A DNA stretch of 64,000 nt from Heptranchias perlo (lineage: Eukaryota): contig NC_090325.1 of assembly GCF_035084215.1 (NCBI RefSeq), positions 115,568,001 to 115,632,000 on the forward strand. The letters are read 5' to 3'. The stretch's first letter is position 1, and every line of letters begins with the position of its first letter. Positions 62,612-64,000 of this stretch are shown piece after piece. The translations under genes were made by a program, and so were the position numbers. Below the pieces are notes generated by a model that did no database searches, was not told the DNA's origin, and saw nothing but the letters and a program-made list of their open reading frames with translations.

Positions 62612-62937
62612 GTAGGCTTATCTTTAAATAGATGCATCTAAACTCTGGGTGCTTAGGCTTGTTTTGAGTACAATGAGATATAAATCTCTGACTCGTACAG
62701 TAAAATGCTTGCCCCCCTCCAACAACAAGACTTGACACCGTATTTATTGTCGTTATCACAACTTGAAGCTGTGCACACTCCAGCAATTTAGAAGAGGAAA
62801 CAAGGAGACAGGGGATGAGCCCATTCCCGCATGTGTGGAAAGGATCTGGTGGCAGTTTGAGAACACCCAGCTTGTTCCAGTGTATCTGCTGCCTGTATCC
62901 TATCCTGCACTAAGTCCTGCTCACTTATTGGGGCTGT

Positions 62938-63310
62938 CCTTGCTGACCTACATTTGGCTCCTAGTCCCCCATTGCCTCAAATTTAATATTTTTTTTATCC
63001 TTGTCTTTAAATTCCCTATATGCAATCACCTGCAGACCTACAACCCCCTCTCTTCAAACTCTCCATTTCTCTGACTCTGACCTTTCCCTTCCTTCACCCC
63101 ATCATTGGCGGCTGTGCCTTCAGCTGCCTAGATCACACACTCTGGAATTCCCTGCCTTAACCTGTCTGCCTCTTCACCTCCCTCTCCTCTTTTTAAGACC
63201 CTCTTTTAAAAGTCCCTTCCTAATCACTTCTTTGAGCTTGCATTCATTTTCCTCACATCTCTGTGAAGCAGCTTGGGACTTTCTTCTACGGTGAAGGCGC
63301 TATATAAATT
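62938..63310 (+). mobile_element. L2-type LINE 3' fragment
   Basis: CTTGCTGACCTACATTGGCTCC (LADLHWL)...GGCGCTATATAAAT end. Confidence 0.7.
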
Positions 63311-63701
63311 ATTCTACCACGACTACAACAACTGTAAGGTGTCTTAACACCACCTTTAATGTGGGAATCGTGAACACAACGTGGGTTGGAAGGCAAACAT
63401 CTAAATTTGCAAGTTTTCTGTTTATTGGTGCTTCACTAGCTTAAAAAAAAGTTCCAGCCTGGCTATGCATTAATGTACATCAAACTAAGATAGTCCCAGG
63501 AGGAATTTTGGGAGCAAAAGCAAAAATTAGCAAGCACCTCTTTAATGCTAACCTACAGAATTACTGCACTTTCGGCAAATGTCAAATTGTAAAGCATGGA
63601 GGAATTTTACTCCCTTGGTGTCAAACACGTTTCAGACTCAAATGCCAAGTCATGATATTACAGCTGTTCAGAGTGATTCGCATGGCAGCAAGTGAAACTG
63701 C

Positions 63702-63775
63702 AATATTTTACTATATCTTTAACACGTTTACTGTATCATGATACAGTAAACGTGTTAAAGATATAGTGAAATATT
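63702..63775. repeat. Spacerless palindrome (perfect over 63710-63767)
   Basis: ACTATATCTTTAACACGTTTACTGTATCA|TGATACAGTAAACGTGTTAAAGATATAGT, checked base by base. Confidence 0.95.
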
Positions 63776-64000
63776 CAGAAATTCAGGAAATTATAGGTTC
63801 TGATGAAAGAAAAGTCCTTTCCATCAGGATTGTATTCTGTTTTGCCCTTTCACATTTGTTTTAAAACAGACTTTTTCTGCAAAATTATAATTTGGGGTTT
63901 TTGGGTTTCACAATTTAAATTTCTTCAGTTGCACCGTATGTGTTCACATGCCTCCTGATGGACAGGCTTCTAGTGCTGGAGAATGAAATAATTTAACATT

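Overview
Eukaryotic (vertebrate) genomic DNA, most likely from a cartilaginous fish; this is inferred from the repeat landscape of CR1, L2, DeuSINE/SacSINE1-like, Penelope and Harbinger-type elements. Three spliced genes can be reconstructed by hand: SDAD1 coding exon 1 (- strand, rest of the gene is off the left edge), a complete 4-coding-exon, 220-aa BLVRB-like NAD(P)-binding oxidoreductase (+), and KLHL8 (+; first exon plus five coding exons, running off the right edge). Almost all long ORFs in the track are LINE debris or artefacts of a 1.95-kb G-rich minisatellite at the KLHL8 promoter. The main hidden signal is a Penelope-like retroelement family whose 3' end carries a minimal Type I hammerhead ribozyme motif (TCAC-CTGACGA-A-GGAG-loop-CTCC-GAAA-GC-TT-GTGA). 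There are seven copies (three with intact cores), with target-site duplications, inverted arrangements and a 42-bp tail, plus a second older family showing the same fold with compensatory changes. Also notable: a spliced strong-Kozak uORF in KLHL8, a canonical NF-kB site at the minisatellite edge, a locally templated inverted insertion that preserves a CR1 empty site, and a 58-bp perfect palindrome. All alignments were done by eye; repeat boundaries are approximate unless a TSD or splice site is quoted.
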